From the IMG/VR virus record IMGVR_UViG_3300045988_101024: a stretch of 13,636 nt of DNA; one strand, written 5' to 3'. The notes below the pieces were generated by a model, which was given only the letters and a program-made list of their open reading frames with translations, was not told where the DNA came from and did no database searches. This document shows positions 13,543 through 13,636 of this stretch, piece by piece. The stretch is from a virus. Position 1 is the stretch's first letter. Each line of letters begins with the position of its first letter. Both the position numbers and the translations under genes were made by a program.

Positions 13543-13636
13543 TTCGAAAACATCAACCCTGTATGTGTTTCCCATACACGGACACAGAACACATGTTCGA
13601 AAACATCAACCCTGTATGTGTTTCCCATACACGGAC
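13543..13636. repeat. Right inverted terminal repeat, with terminal unit 13584-13636 and inner copy 13535-13583
   Basis: It is the reverse complement of 1-94 with two mismatches. On this end the two tandem units are identical over 49 nt. The window ends exactly on the repeat. Confidence 0.9.
13586..13599. promoter_or_regulatory. GAAC-N4-GTTC (AGAACACATGTTCG) LexA/Cheo-box-like motif in the right terminal unit
   Basis: Read directly. A degenerate second copy, CAAACACATGTTCG, lies at 13533-13546, 15 nt upstream of the -35 of the early promoter. Confidence 0.3.

Overview
The window looks like a complete 13,636-bp linear genome of a small phi29-like, protein-primed podovirus, probably infecting a low-GC Gram-positive (Bacillota/Clostridia-type) host. 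It starts and ends exactly on 94-nt inverted terminal repeats (92/94 identical), and each ITR holds a tandem duplication of a 53-bp terminal unit. All credible genes are on the minus strand, nearly all with GGAGG-type ribosome binding sites and many with ATGA/TAATG overlaps. The early operon reads from the right end: a near-consensus sigma-A promoter, five small ORFs, a candidate terminal protein, a family-B protein-primed DNA polymerase (YDDTDS), two unknowns, a gp16-like packaging ATPase and an intrinsic terminator. A 269-bp noncoding region (8030-8298) follows. The late operon then encodes a YvrJ-like membrane protein, a standalone SH3b protein, a scaffolding protein with a (PQ)10 microsatellite, the major capsid protein, a gp9-like tail knob, a bifunctional tail lysin, a gp10-like connector, a lower-collar candidate and a beta-helix tail appendage. 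The strongest unexplained signal is a perfect 16-bp palindrome, TGTTTCACGTGAAACA, present five times. Two copies lie 34 bp apart just upstream of the late operon and three lie inside coding sequence, each read as VSRET. Other points of interest are a strong promoter plus hairpin in the noncoding region (a possible pRNA-like ncRNA), LexA/Cheo-box-like GAAC-N4-GTTC sites inside the ITR units, a sharp AT-rich shift in the distal tail appendage gene, and an unusual lysis gene set. All functional calls rest on motifs I recognise by eye and on gene order. No database search was run.
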